Part shown: one piece after another, positions 1-14,900 of the stretch
How the letters are laid out: each line of letters starts with the position of its first letter
Position numbering within the stretch: the stretch's first letter is position 1
Assembly: GCF_009914755.1 (NCBI RefSeq)
Contig: NC_060939.1
Strand: one strand, 5' to 3'
Origin: the human T2T-CHM13v2.0 reference genome, Homo sapiens
Length of the DNA: 64,000 nucleotides
Notes under the pieces: generated by a model
What the model saw: only the letters and a program-made list of their open reading frames with translations
The model's database searches: none
What the model was told of the DNA's origin: nothing
Program-made: the position numbers and the translations under genes

Positions 1-239
1 GAAGATTAGGAAAGACTTATCCACTAATAATGGATAGGGTAAATAAACAGGTACATTCACAAAAATGACTACTGCTACAGTCACTGAAAATGTAAGGATG
101 CTGGAGAAAGTCACATAATAAAGAAAATCAGTGCCACTATAATTCATGATCACTGCTCCCAAATGGGTCCTCAATTCCCTTTCTCTAACCGCAGACTCAC
201 AGGCCCTTCTGCTGATGTGATATAAGCTCTCCTATCAGC

Positions 240-601
240 AATAAACAGGAATGAAGTATTGATACATGCTACAACATGGATGAACCTTAAAAACAGCATG
301 CAAAGTCAAAGACCAGACACAAAGGACCATATATTATATGATTCTATTTACATGGAATATCCCAAATAGGAAAATCTATAAAGACAGTAGATTAGTGGTT
401 GCAGACTTGGGATGGAGGTAGTAGGGGGTGACAGCTGGTAATGAAAATACTCTAAACATGACTGTGGTGATGGATGCATATTCAACTCTATGCATGTAGT
501 AGTATATTCAACTCTGTGAATATAATACAAGCCACTGAATTGTACACTTTAAATGAGTGCATTGTATGGCATTTAAATTCTCTCAATAAAGCTGTTAAAA
601 A
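240..601 (+). mobile_element. Old L1 (L1MB-like) 3' end
   Basis: Typical L1M 3'UTR motifs (gatacatgctacaacatggatgaacc...tctcaataaagctgttaaaa). Confidence 0.75.
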
Positions 602-869
602 CCAAAAGCTCTCCCATATGTGGAATGTTTGCGTGACCCCTGCCACCTGAGTACCCTCATGCTTACAGCTAAACATGCCTATGTGTTATTCTAATGTGTG
701 TGAGTTTCACCACTGGCATGCAACAAATCAGCTCTATATTCATTTGTTACTCCACCTTTCTAAAAAGCTATCTGACATATTGACAGTACATAATGACAGC
801 TAAAATTTCTTATCCTTTAATTCAGAGGTGATCTTTTTGAAACCTTTAATAAGGAAATACAAAAACTAA

Positions 870-1134
870 ATCTGTCACCCAAACTGGAGTTCAGTGGCAC
901 AATCACTGCTCACTTCAGCCTCAACCTCTCTGGGCTCAAATGATCCTCCCACCTCAGTCTCCCAAGTAGCTGAGACTACAGGCACACGCCACCACACCTA
1001 GCTAATTTTTGTAGAGACAGGGTTTTGCCATGTTCCTCAGGCTGGTCTCAAAACTCTGAGATGGGCTCAAGTGATCTGCCCATCTCGGCCTCCCAACATG
1101 CTGGGATTACACGGATGAGCCACCATGCTCAGCC
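870..1134 (-). mobile_element. AluJ-like
   Basis: Diverged antisense Alu sequence. Confidence 0.85.
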
Positions 1135-3093
1135 AATAATTTTTATAATTGGAAAAAACTGCAAAAAATCTAAATGTTTAACAGTAGAAGAATCAATAAA
1201 CCATAATATGCCCATACAAGAGATAGCAAAAAGACATTAAAATGTTTTCAAAGAATATGAACTATAGAGTGTTCATGATGTATAAGTGAATAAAGCAGAA
1301 CATAAAAGTGTATATATAATGTGATCCCTTTTATGTATATTATACATTTCTACAACAACATGGATGTGGGAGCACCTACTGCCTTCTCTGAATACCATCC
1401 CTTTCCTTGAGAGCCACTGTCTTGGTGTAATGTGACCACACTGCCTAGTCTCAGGAGCAGGGGCTAATCTGGGGATGGGGTGGGCTAATGACAGGCTCTT
1501 TCCCAGAAATCTCAGCCATGAGATTCAACTTGGTTGCTCTCCTAAACGGAGATCTTAACCCTAGGGCCGGTTTGCAAGTCGGCTGCAGTTAGCTGTTATC
1601 TAAGGAATGCTGGGAATGCTGGTAGGGGCTAGGCCCACGGGGCAGCTCTGACTCCTCCCCATAGTCCCAGTGCTTAAATTCCAAGGTACTTAGCTTTTGC
1701 TGAAATGCTGGGGCAGGAAGTCTCCCAGAATGCAGTGGCTGTGAACAGCAAGGCTAATCCCATGGGAATGGTGGCTGTGTCTACCTGTGCCAGCAGTTCC
1801 CTGTAGCATCTTCTTGTTGAACCCACTCCAGTCACAGGAAATAATCAGAGAGCTGATTATGCTATGCAAACAACCAGGGGTTGTGGCAGTCTACAATTTC
1901 CAACCACTTGTCTAAAGCGTGATTCAGAGGGGCAGCAACCAGTCCTGGTCACCACAAGCTGTTACACTTTCTGCAGGCTGGGTATGCAAAATTTACCTTT
2001 CTTTCAGAATATACTGTATAATTTTACTTGGAATTCTTATTCTACTCTCACAGCATGTTCCAGATGTCACACAGCATGAGGAAGCAAGTGCTCTCCAGCC
2101 CAGGATCTGATAGCACCCACATCTTTGAGGACTGAGGACAGAGGGCATCAGGAAGCCCTGACAACTCTGGCACATCTGCCACCAGGTGTGTGGTGAGGTC
2201 ATGAGGGCAGACACTCAGGCGCTACTCCTCTTCTTCTCCTGGTTACTCAAGAAAGCTACTCAGTACTTCCATACCTGAGTTTCCTCATCTTCAAAAGGGA
2301 GGTTACACCCTCTAAGCCGTGGCATTCACCAAGAGGCTGGGACATTATTCTTAGAAATACACAAATACACGCACCCTTTTTTCTAGTATGGGCTGTTCTT
2401 AAAGGTATGTGTCACACTGAGTCAGCAGGCTCCTGGGTCCATAGGCAGGTCAGCAGTCTCTGACACATTCTCCTTCAGCTCTTCTGACAGGTAGACCTTC
2501 CATTTTTACAGCTTTATGGAAGGATATTTCACAGACCATAAAATTCAACACTGAAAGGGTAAAGTTCAACGCTTTTCATTATTGACACAAGCAGATCTTG
2601 ACTGTCACAGAGAGAAAGATAAAAAACATATTAGCTCCTTTCTCTAGTGGCCTGCATCCTCTGTTCCCTGCCATCTCTTAATCTTTCCCTCCAATAATGT
2701 TTGCCTGGGCATCCCCTCTAACCCGCAGCCACTTTCAGACCCCTCAGCAGCACCTCCTGGTGGCCAGCAAGCCTTGGAGGGAGGGAGCCGCCAGCTAGTG
2801 CAGCAGTTAGCTCACCATGCCAGGACCCACACTCCCCCCAGTGGAATAAGCTCTATGCTCAGACAACAGACTTAATGAAAACCAAAGAAACAAGGATAAA
2901 AATGAGGTGAAAGAAATAGAAGTGTTTTTGTGAACTTTTAAAGTACAGTAAATAAGTCTAGAGTTTATAAGCAAAAGCTGATATTTTTTTAAAAGAGCTT
3001 TACTGCATAATCTTTATCCTTATTCCCACAAGCAGTCAAAAATCCCACAACCACATGAACCTATCAAATAGTAAAGAAGCATTTGGGAACAAG

Positions 3094-3394
<301 letters not shown>

Positions 3395-3850
3395 GTATTT
3401 GGGGACAAGAAATGAATTAATATGTGTGACGGACAATGACTTAATAATACCTAATCTGGTTCTACTTTCTTCATCTTGATTTCTACTTTTGATTGCTTCT
3501 TATTGTAAGGAATATTTTCAAGACATATTTTCTGTTTCTCATTTATTTTTCACTGGTCATATTTTCTAATCCTGTCTTCACTTTGGTGTCTTCTCTGGAT
3601 TTTAGTAGTGAAAATGACTGACACGTTTTGAAATAAATGTTAAAAAGATAAAAAGAAAAACTCTTGCCTGAAAAATTACCCTAGTATTCAAGCTACTTGT
3701 GTAAATTACAGAAATTTAAAAAAACTCTAGATAATATAATTATCAGATAGAAGTTCTACAATGAGTACATTTGAAATTATTAAAGACCCAAAGAAATAAA
3801 AATCCCAGGGAACAAAAGGTAAATACAAAGCATAGAAAAACATGATAGTG

Positions 3851-4130
<280 letters not shown>

Positions 4131-5425
4131 TCATAAATCACAAGTATAAATAAATAAAATGTGTCCACTTAACTGGATGAAAATTTAGACCATGTAAAAA
4201 GAAAAGTAAACCCCACAAAATCCATAGAGACACATGCAGATACACAGAGGTTAAGAGAAAAAGAGGAAAAAATAAATATACTGGAGGAATTTAGATTCTG
4301 AGACTGAAGGATGAGATAATTCAGATTAACTCCCCCTCTGAACACAACTGGAAAAAATATAAAGGATATTTTCTTGAAGGCATTATAGAATCAAGAAGAT
4401 GGTAAAGAATGGCCAAGCCAAGATACTGGAAGAATGGAGGTCTGAGAAGGTGAGCCACGCATATGGGGCCATCTTCCCCTTGGGGCACCTTCTGATTCTG
4501 GAGAGCATCGCTGAGCAACAAGGACTCCATCCAGGGCTGAAGGCACATAAATTGGAATCCAAGGCCCCCGAAAGCCAGGGAGCTTGGTTAATTTGGACTG
4601 GGATCCTGAAGGGGTACTCTTTAAAAGCAAAGACCAACCAGAAGTTGGCAGGCCCTCATAGGCACTGCAGCTTAGTTCTGAATCATTTCAGTCCTTGAAA
4701 TCGGACTGATGTTAACCCAGATTGCTACTGCTGCCAAGTGCCCACCAGAAACAAACACAAACCCATCTCGGAGGAGAAATATCTATCATCCTAGACCTCA
4801 ATTTATTTTTACATTTTTTCAATCTTTAGATAACTCAATCAAAAATAACCAGGCATACAAACAGGCAAGATTATATAGAAAAAAAAAACCACTAGTAGAC
4901 ACCACAAGCAACAGAAACATACCCACAATTGCTCTAGATTTAGAGCAAAAGAACTATGTTTACTATATTCAACAAGATAAAAGATGAGATTGTTTTGGCA
5001 GAGAACTGTAAACCAAAAGACGAACCAATAAACATGCAGAGAGGCTCAATATCATTAGTAGTTAGGGAGATGCATATTAAAACTAAAATAAACTACTAGT
5101 ACATCCCAACTATGATGGTTAAAAATTTTTTTAAGTGACAACGACAAGTGTTGCTAAATATATTGAGTAATTCTCATAAGCTGCTGGTACAACTATAAAT
5201 TGTTTAAGCCATTTTAGAACTGTTCGGCAATATCTAATAAAACTGAACATATGTGTAACCTATGATGCAGTGACTCTATGGCAAGGTTATACATCCAACA
5301 GAAACTCATGCACATCTACATCAAGAGACATAGACAAGATAACTCCTACTCGCAAAATCTGATCACTAGAAGGAAAAATAGATAATCTTACTCTCACAAT
5401 AGTAGAGTTAAAACACACACTTGTC

Positions 5426-5749
<324 letters not shown>

Positions 5750-6177
5750 CTAATTGATCAAGTAGAGAGAAGCTGAATAACAACCAATAAACCCAATCTA
5801 AAGGAAATATGTAGATCCAACTAGAGAACCCATTATTTTCAACTCCACAGTCATTAAAGAAAAAGAAAAAATGCAAATTTCAACAATGATCAAAGAATCT
5901 TTATCATACAATTTACATTATTTAAACCCAATAAAATCAGAAATCAAGGACAAAAAAAAATCTTGGAAATTTATGGACACAGTTTTAAAAAATCATAGGT
6001 CAGAGATGAAACCATAAAGGATATTAGGAAATACTTACAACTTTAATGACAATGAAAGCACTAACTATTGAAATATATGGGATTCAGCTAAACCACTACT
6101 TAGAGAGAAATGTAGAGTTTTACGTGTGTATTAGAAAAGAAGAAAGCCTGAAAACCAATAATTTAAATGTATGACTC

Positions 6178-6492
6178 GGGCTGAGTGCTGTGGCTCAGGC
6201 CTGTAGTCCCAGCTCTTTGGGAGGCCGGGGGAAGTGGATGACATGAGGTCAGAAGTTTGATACCAGCCTGGCCAACACGGCAAAACCCCATGTCTACTAA
6301 AAATACAAAAGTTAGCTGGGTGTGGCGGTGAATGTCTGTAATTCTAGCTACTCAGGAGGCTGAGGCAGAAGAATCACTTGAACCAGGGAGGTGGCGGTTG
6401 CAGTGAGCTAAGATGGCGCCACTGCACTCCAGCCTGGGTGACAGGGCGAAACTCTGTCTCAAAATAAAATTAAAAATAAATAAATAAATAAA
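6178..6492 (+). mobile_element. AluS
   Basis: Dimer with (TAAA) tail, TSD aaatgtatgactc. Confidence 0.9.
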
Positions 6493-7696
6493 TGTATGAC
6501 TCAAGAAGTCAGAAAAAGAACAAGAGTATAAGATAACAGGGGCAGAAATTAATGAAACTTGAAACAAAAAAAAAATCCTGATTTTTAAAACAGCAGCAAA
6601 ACTGAAAGCTGCCTTTTTGAAAAGACTACAGGAAAATAGAGAAGGCATAAATAGGAATGAAAAAATGATTACAACTACAGATACAGCTGACATTTTTGAA
6701 AAAGAATACTATGAACAACTTTATGCAATACAACTGAAAATTTAGGGAAAAGTGGACAATTCCAAAAATAAGTAACATTAAAATTCAGTCAAGAAGAAAT
6801 GTAAAACTTGAACAAACCTACTAAAGAAATTGATCCAGTAGTTAAAAACCTATTCCCTCAAAATAAACTAAAAATAAACAAATAAAACCCTGGACACCTG
6901 CCCTAGATGGTATTATCAGCAAATCATATCAAACATTCAAAATGCAGATAATCTCTATTTACACAGACTATTACAGATGACAGAAAAAGAAATTATTCCC
7001 AACTCATATAATGAAGCTAAGAAAACCCAAAAACCAAGCCAAACAAGTACAGCATGAACATCTCACTTACTAACAGATTTTAAAAACCTAAATAAAATGT
7101 TAGAAAATACAATTTTACAAAATCTTAGGCAACACCATTGTCAAGTACAAGTTATCCAAGTAACACAAAACAATATCATACTAGAAAATACTTTAGTATG
7201 ATTATTTAATTCATCACATTGACAGACTAAAGGAGAAAAACTGCATTATCATCTTAACAGGTACAGGAAAATCACTCTTTAAAATTCAACACTCATTCCT
7301 GATACAAACACCTGGCAAACCAAGACCAACAGAGGATTTCTCTAACCTGATAAAGACTACCTACAAAAACATACAGCAAATATCATACTTACTGATGAGA
7401 CATTAGAAGCAGTCCCTTTAAAATCTGGACTAAGATAAGGGTGCCCACTATCAATCACAGCCTCCATTCAATACTGTGCTGAAGTGCCTGACATGGAAGT
7501 AAGACAAAAAGGACTGGCGTAAGGATTGGAAAGGAAGAGGCAAGTCTGTCATAATGTGCAGAGAATAGGAAAGTCTACACAGAATAACTAAGAAAATCTA
7601 TAAGTTATTAGAATTAAAATGAAAGGTTCCTGGTTATAACCTGAAAATACAATAGTCAGTTACATGTCTAGACATGAGCATAAAAATAAAAATATA

Positions 7697-8131
7697 CAGC
7701 TGACACTTGAACAATGTGAGCGTTAGGAGTGCTGACCTTCATGCAGTCAAAAACCCACCTATAACTCCTGACTCCCCCCAGAACTTAACTACTAATAGCC
7801 TCCTGTTGACCAGAAGCCTTACCAATAATGTAAATAGTCGATTAACACATATTTTGTATGTTATATGTATATACCGTATTCTTACAATAAACTAGAGGAA
7901 AGAAAATGTTGTTAAAAAAATCATATAGAAGAGAAAATATAGTTACTGTTCATTAAGTGGAAGTGGATCATATAAAGGTCTTCATTCTTGTTGACTTCAC
8001 ATTGAGTAGGCTGCAGAGGAGGAGGAAGAGGAGGGGTTGATCCTGCTGTCTCAGGGGTGGCAGAGGCAGAAGAAAATCTGCATATAAGTGGAGCCGCACT
8101 GTTCAAACCCATATGGTTCAAGGGTCAACTG
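7697..8131 (-). mobile_element. Tigger2a (MER28) MITE, full length
   Basis: TIRs cagctgacacttgaac / gttcaagggtcaactg, TA on both flanks, 435 bp, interior matches recalled consensus. Confidence 0.85.
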
Positions 8132-8442
8132 TAAGTCATGTACAACAGCAAAAAAACTATATAACAAATCAAACTAGTCACACAACATAAAGTTTTATTG
8201 AAAGTAATTTTAGAAGAATAGAGAGATGTACTCTATTCACATATAACGAGTCCAAATTATAAAGTTATTAATTTTCCCCATTCTAATTCTATATGTTCAA
8301 TGTAATTCCAAACTCCTGCTAGGGTTTTCTGTGTGGAATCTGACAGATTGATAATTATAAAATGTATAAAGAAGATCAAAGAGCCAAGTACAACCAAGGC
8401 AACTTTCAAGAACCGCCTAAGGTGGGAAAGTACTTGCCCTAC

Positions 8443-8988
8443 TGTTAGAGGAAAGGAGTCCCGATCCAGACCCCAAGAGAGGGTTCTTGGATCTCACACA
8501 AGAAAGAATTCAGGTGAGTCCGTAAAGTGAAAACAAGTTTATTAGGAAAGTAAAGGAATAAAAGAACGGCTACTCTATAGACAGAGCAGCCCCAAGGGCT
8601 GCTGGTTGCCCATTTTTATGGTTACTTCTTGAATATATGCTAAACAAGGGGTGGATTATTCATGCCTACCCTTTTTACACCATGTAGGGTAACTTCCTGA
8701 TGTTGCTATGGCATCTGTAAATTGTCATGGTGCTGGTGGGAGTGTAGTAGTGAGGACCACCAGAAGTCACTCTTGTGACCATCTTGGTTTTGGTGGGATT
8801 TAGCGGCTTCTTTACTGCAACCTGTTTTATCAGCAAGGTCTTTATGACCTGTATCTTGTGCTGTCTCCTGTCTCATCCTGTGACTTAGAATGCTTTAACC
8901 GTCTGGGAATGCAGCCCAGTAAATCTCAGCCTCATTTTACCCAGCCTCTATTCAAGATGGAGTTGCTCTGGTTCACACGTCTCTGACA
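8443..8988 (-). mobile_element. MER41A solo LTR (ERV1)
   Basis: Minus strand starts TGTCAGAGACGTGTGAACCAGAGCAACTCCATCTTGAATAG and ends ...GGATCGGGACTCCTTTCCTCTAACA. TG...CA ends, 546 bp, imperfect 4-bp TSD ctac/atac. Confidence 0.88.
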
Positions 8989-11900
8989 ATACCAGCTTTC
9001 AAGATTTGTTATACAATTATAGTAACTAAGACAGGTTTCTACACAGGGAGAGGTAAACAGACCAAGGGAAAATAAGAGAGAAACAAATCCACACATATAT
9101 GGAAACCTGGCATTTGACAGACATGGTATTATAGATCAGTATGGAAAGGATGAAACACCCAATATATGGTGCTGAGACAACTGGTAATCCACATTGAAAA
9201 TAACAAAGCAATCTCTACTTCTTGCCACATCCAAAAACTAAATTTCAGAATAAAAGACTCAAATGTAAAAAGCAAACTTTAAAACTTTAAAAAAAATATG
9301 GGAGAACATCTTTATGACCTGGAAAAAAAAGGGTTTTTTAAAACAAGACATTAAAATAAAAGAAACCATAAAAGACTGATAAAATGACTACATTAAAATT
9401 ATGAGCGAGAAGCAGAAAATAAAAGGTAAAATTACTGACAAGAAGACATTTCCAGTGTATATTACCATCAAAGGACTAATAACAGAATACACAAAGAACT
9501 CCTACAAATCAACAATCTTCTCTCCAAACAACTATTTTCAAAAGTATGAAAAGCCTCCATTTTTGTTTTCATTTTGAAAAATGAATTATTTAGGCTCACT
9601 GAAAATATTCTTTTCCTTATTGTAATTTCTAACACAGAATTCTAACACTGATTTTGAATAGTATTAGAACTATTGAAAACAATTTAATGATTAATACATT
9701 TGAACTGTTTTTATGATTATAAAATAATGTGTAACTATGAATTTTGTAAAGATATCAAAATACACATTTGAAATATTTAATTAAAATGTTAAAATTAAAA
9801 AGAAACAAATGTAAAGAGCATAAAAATCATTAAAAATCCCTCATGCATCACACACACACATTTTGTCAATATTTTGGATTTTTTCTTTACTTTGTTTCTA
9901 TTAATAAATACATATACATAGATGCACAACAAGCTGGGTCCAAAGTGAGGGTGGCTTATTCAAGTGATGACATCCATCAGTCAGTAGATGATGCAAGCTA
10001 ATGCTTAGGAAAGAGGTGAGGTCTGGGGATGTTGACTTGGGAGGTCATGCTTAGAGCAATAAAAGTTAAGACTCAGTCTTGGATGAAGAGATTGTAGGAA
10101 GAAAATAAGAGTGAGGACACAATATTAGAATAAGGAGCAGAATAATATGTTGGGAAAAATAACTTGAAAAAAGAGAAAGTACAATTAGATAGGTAGGAGG
10201 AGAATCAGGATATTGTGGAAGAATGTCAAGAAGAAGATAACATTCAACTGCCAATCCTGAAAAGAAGTTAAGGAGAATGAATCCTAAGAAAAGGCCAACA
10301 TATTTAACAATTGAGAGAGACGGCTGTGGAGTAAACGTCTGATTACAGGAATGCAAAGAAAACAGATTGAAGGGATAGGGATATGTGCATATTTACACCA
10401 CACAGTCAACAAATCTGGCCAGAAAGAAAGGTGGCAAATCAAGCTTTTTTTCAAGATATTAGAGATCTGTTATCTGTCTACCTTCTCTGGGCGAGAAGCC
10501 CAGTATACTGAAAGACTAAAGATGCTGGGAAGAGAGAAGTAAACAAAAACACAAATGCCTGAAAGCAGAGGGAGAGGATGGACTTTAAAAGAGTTCTGGA
10601 TCATGACTTGTCATCTGACACAGGAGAAAAGAACCGGGGTCACAACAGACATAGTTCAAGCTGAAGAGGACAGGAGAAACCTCTGGCTAGGTAAACTTAG
10701 TAATTTTAGTACCAAGGTACGTCACGGGACAAAACTCAACTTAAATCAAGAAGCATCCACACTAAACTATACCTAAGGGCTTATAAGAGACGAAAAAAAA
10801 TCCCTCATTATGTCTTTGCTTCAACTCACCCATGACATGAGAACCAATACTGGTATTTGGGTGAAGCTTCAAAACAACTGAAACTATGGGGAATGTTTCA
10901 AACCAGTTAAGCACTGACATAAATGACTGAGAAACTCCGGTTTCCTTAAAATAAGCAAAATATTCATTTGTTTTGATATTATTTTTTGATGATACAAGTG
11001 TCCATCTGTAGTAGCTAGTCAATAAATATTGGTTCATGCTACCTGTACTGAATGTTTCTGTGCTACATGGTCAATTGCATAATTGCCAGTTTAAGGTACA
11101 GCATTAAGAGCAAAACAATTCACGGTGAAATACCCCACCCATGTTTTCCTACACATCTGTGATTCAACAAGGAATGTAATGATTCACAGTATTGGCATTA
11201 AGTTTATATTGAGGTTGCCCTTTTGTAACTGAGAAGTAGGGCTGGGTTGTCACTGTGATCTTCCCAATCCCTTCCACATCCAAACCCTCACTTCCCTTCT
11301 CAGCCCCACTTTGAATGACGCCAAGTTAAAACACTAATGTAGACATCCTCTGTCATAAAGCCAACAAACCAGAGAAACAAGAATGCTTATTGACCTCCTT
11401 CCTTAACTACTTCTTAAAAAGGGATCTAAAATTTATGAGTAATAAAATTCTAAAAAGAACATTTACCTTCTATGTGTATGCATAACTAAAGCCTACAACT
11501 GAAATATTTGGAACTTCTAAAGTAGTTTTCAACTTCAAATACAAACTTATATTAGAGACAAAAGCCATTAGCTTTGCTATGAGTAGTGTGAAGGGTTGAT
11601 GTGACTTGAGGAAGCAAAGTTTGCAAAGATTTTCATTTGACTGTAGATTTACAAAATGTTTAACAATTTCAGTTCCTGAAATAGTCAATATAGGTTAAAA
11701 TAAATTAGTAAGTTAAATGTGGAAGTCTTTAAGGTAATAACAAAGCAAGGCCATCAGAGGGAAACTGAGAATTATCTCTCTCAAATATCTGGAGAGTGAC
11801 TGTCAAAATCAAGTCACAAAGAAATTACTACATTCACATTATTCCGTGTTCCACAGATGTTTCTTCTATTGCTCACATGAACTCTTTTCTCTTTGCTTTC

Positions 11901-14900
11901 ACACTCACCAGTAACACTTGTAGATCTCCTAGGTCATTTGAACATTTAGCATTCAACTCTTTGATCAGTTCAAACTGCCTCCACAGAACATCTTTTTCTT
12001 TCAAGCGTTCCTTATTCTCAAAATGTTCCTTGAATTTCAACCAAATTTAAATTCCTTACATTTACCTTCTAAACTTTGTATTCACCTCCTCTGTTCCAAT
12101 AAACAGGAACAACTCTCTAAGCCCTTGTGTCTTGTAGCAACCATTGCCAGGCATTTTCTTAAAATTCTTACACCTCCCTTGAGGTGCTGGTAGCTTTAGA
12201 AATGTCGCCGGAGCAGCATGAAATTAGCCATGACTAGGACAGGACAGTCAGGAATTGCTGAAGACTCTCATGCCTGCTTCACCACCTATGGTCATTACAA
12301 AGGACTTCAAAATTCCTGGCTTTTCCAGTCCTGGAATGACCCTGATCCCTGCCCCATTCCTATAGCACAATCCCAAAACCATACATGGTCTTTCTCACCA
12401 CAGTTCCCCTGCCAATCTCTTAAATGCTCACATCTAATGCTTAGGCCAAGGCTCTTGTGTTGCACAAGAGGTCCCCTACACCCCCGTTCCTGCTGACTTC
12501 ACCTCCTTGCATCAACAATCTGGTCTCCTGGGCCATCATTTCAATCACCCTCTCACCTTTAATCACAACTATTTCCTTCCTTTGTCTTTCTCCACATACC
12601 ACCCTTCAAAACCAGCAGTGCCAGCTCTCCACTGCCACCCCCAGGCAGATGTGCTTTGCTGGAGAGAGTGACACCAGACTGGCCCTGGTACAGTCCTCAA
12701 CATGTTCCTAGCCAGGGTTCCCTCTCCTTTTCTGGTCCTCAGCAGCAATCCTACATCATCACCTCTCTGTAGCATCCCCACCTTCTCCCTCTTCCTCAAC
12801 TGGCAATCTCAATGCCCACTCAGGGAATGAAACTACCTCCCAACCCCAAACTGGTCTCTATATGAGTTCCCTCCTCGCTGGGGGTTTCCTCCCTCCTATG
12901 CGCTAGAGTCCATCCATCTGTCCCATCCCTACAGCACCAGGGCCCTCCATTCTCCCTTTCCCTCTGGTATCTTCGAAGACTCTCCACAGCCATCTAAAGA
13001 TACTCAACACTCTCCCACTTAAAAAAAATGGCACATGTTAAAAATTAAAGACTTCTATAGAGAACATTAACACGCCACTAAATACTGAATAGAGTCGTCC
13101 AGTCAGTCTTCATCATCTAGCTCCTCTATGTTGCCAGCACCTGTCAGTGCCTGCCTTCCCCGGTCCAGCCTGTTGTAGACATTGTGCTCATTCCTTGTTT
13201 CTTGTTTCTTCAGCCCCAGAACCTTCCTAAGCCATCCTGACCAAGCCTTTGGGCTTCCTGTGTCTGCATCTACAGGGCCACCCGCCGGCTCTCCAAACTG
13301 AGGCTTTCTTCCCCACATCTGCAGTTCTGATTGCTCAACTCTTGGCTTGGTTTCAGATTAGTACTCCAGGTGCTGCAGTCTGACTAAACTCCCACTTACT
13401 GCACTCATGTCCAATCAGTGTCCTGACAAGACACCAGCTCCTTTTCCCTGGGGGTACAAACCTTATCTCAATCCCGCAAATTATTAGGGGTCCCCGTGCT
13501 CCCAAATTCATGTCACTACCACTAACTAGTGGAATGAAGTACTGTTATTGCTTACAGACCGCTCTACTGGGTTCATAAGATCCACCTTGGGTTTATCAAG
13601 TTCCCTTAGAAAATATATTTAGAACGCTGGCAGCCCAGTGGAGTCCAGCTACACAGCTCGGCGCGTTTACCCTGGGATCCCTTGTTTCTTGTTTCCTTTC
13701 ATTTCCTTCTCCAACCAATTTCCCATCATACCTATGGGCAAACACCCATGTTATAACAAGCAATTCATTAACTACTTATTTTAAGTTATGGTGAAGTGTT
13801 ATAACCATAATATTTATAAGTGTTATGAAATTTATAAGTTCTGAAATTTACACAATTCTTTCAGTGGTTAGCAAACCATACTACTATTATAGACTCTATT
13901 ATATTTCATAACCACATATTATACACAACATGAGAAGATCTCTGTTTAAGAGTCCCACCTATGGTATTTGTAAAACCATTCAATCAGGCAAAAACAAATT
14001 AAAAAAGTAATATCAGATAGTAATACACTAGAAAACCAAACCTTGAACAAACATTTGGGGATCCCCAGGCTTACAAATGTATTGGTTTCTATTGGGTAAA
14101 GTCTTGGCTTTCTCATTTTATATCATTTAAACAAAGGAACTGAAAATTATATTTTAAAATAAAAACCATAATCTAAAACTAATCTAAGAAAATACTGAGA
14201 AAAAATAGCAGTAAATTTATATATTTTATCTTCTGTAATGAAAACTAAGGGGAAAAAGGCATGCTAAAAGCAACTAGTTCTAAAGTAACTTCATGAATGT
14301 ACCACACAGAATACTTAACAGCTTTAAAAAGCAGTTATGAAATGCCCATTTGAACATCAGATGCCACGGACAGAACAAGTATCCAACCTAAAGCAGACAA
14401 CACGGACCCACTCAAAGATATGCAGTGACATGCAGAGTCGTACTTCACACAATCCTCATTTGGAGAATGAGTCAAGAAGGGCAGCAGCGCGACCCTCCAG
14501 GCTTTTCCAAAATGACCCTCCTGATAACTGAGGAGCTCCAGCTGGGCTGTTCTTTTGCCCTGGTTCAAAATATACCTAGATGTGGAAAAGTACAAAGGCA
14601 AGCATTTCCCATCCACTAGAAAAGAAGTTCAATTATCAAATGCTAAATCTAGGTTACACTAAAAAAAATTAGATGAATTAAAATGTGGCCTGCCTCAAAG
14701 CAAGAGCATGTCTTACCAATCTTACTGTATCTCACTTAACATACTCAAGAGGAAAAGAAATTGAAGCATTTAAGTAGTCCATCTTCAACATTCTGCTGTG
14801 AATACAGGACCTGTAATATGCTTGTTCTACTTGACATATAAAAAGAATCACATTTATGTGGAAGCCTAAGGTTAAAACAGGTTTTTAAAATGTAAACAGC

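Larger units (their letters stand above)
5900..9510 (+). mobile_element. Degenerate L1M ORF2 relic interrupted by Alu, Tigger2a and MER41A
   Basis: A-rich L1 ORF2-like motifs (tgggattcagctaaa...cttagagagaaa; aaaattcaacactcattcctgat). Confidence 0.75.
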
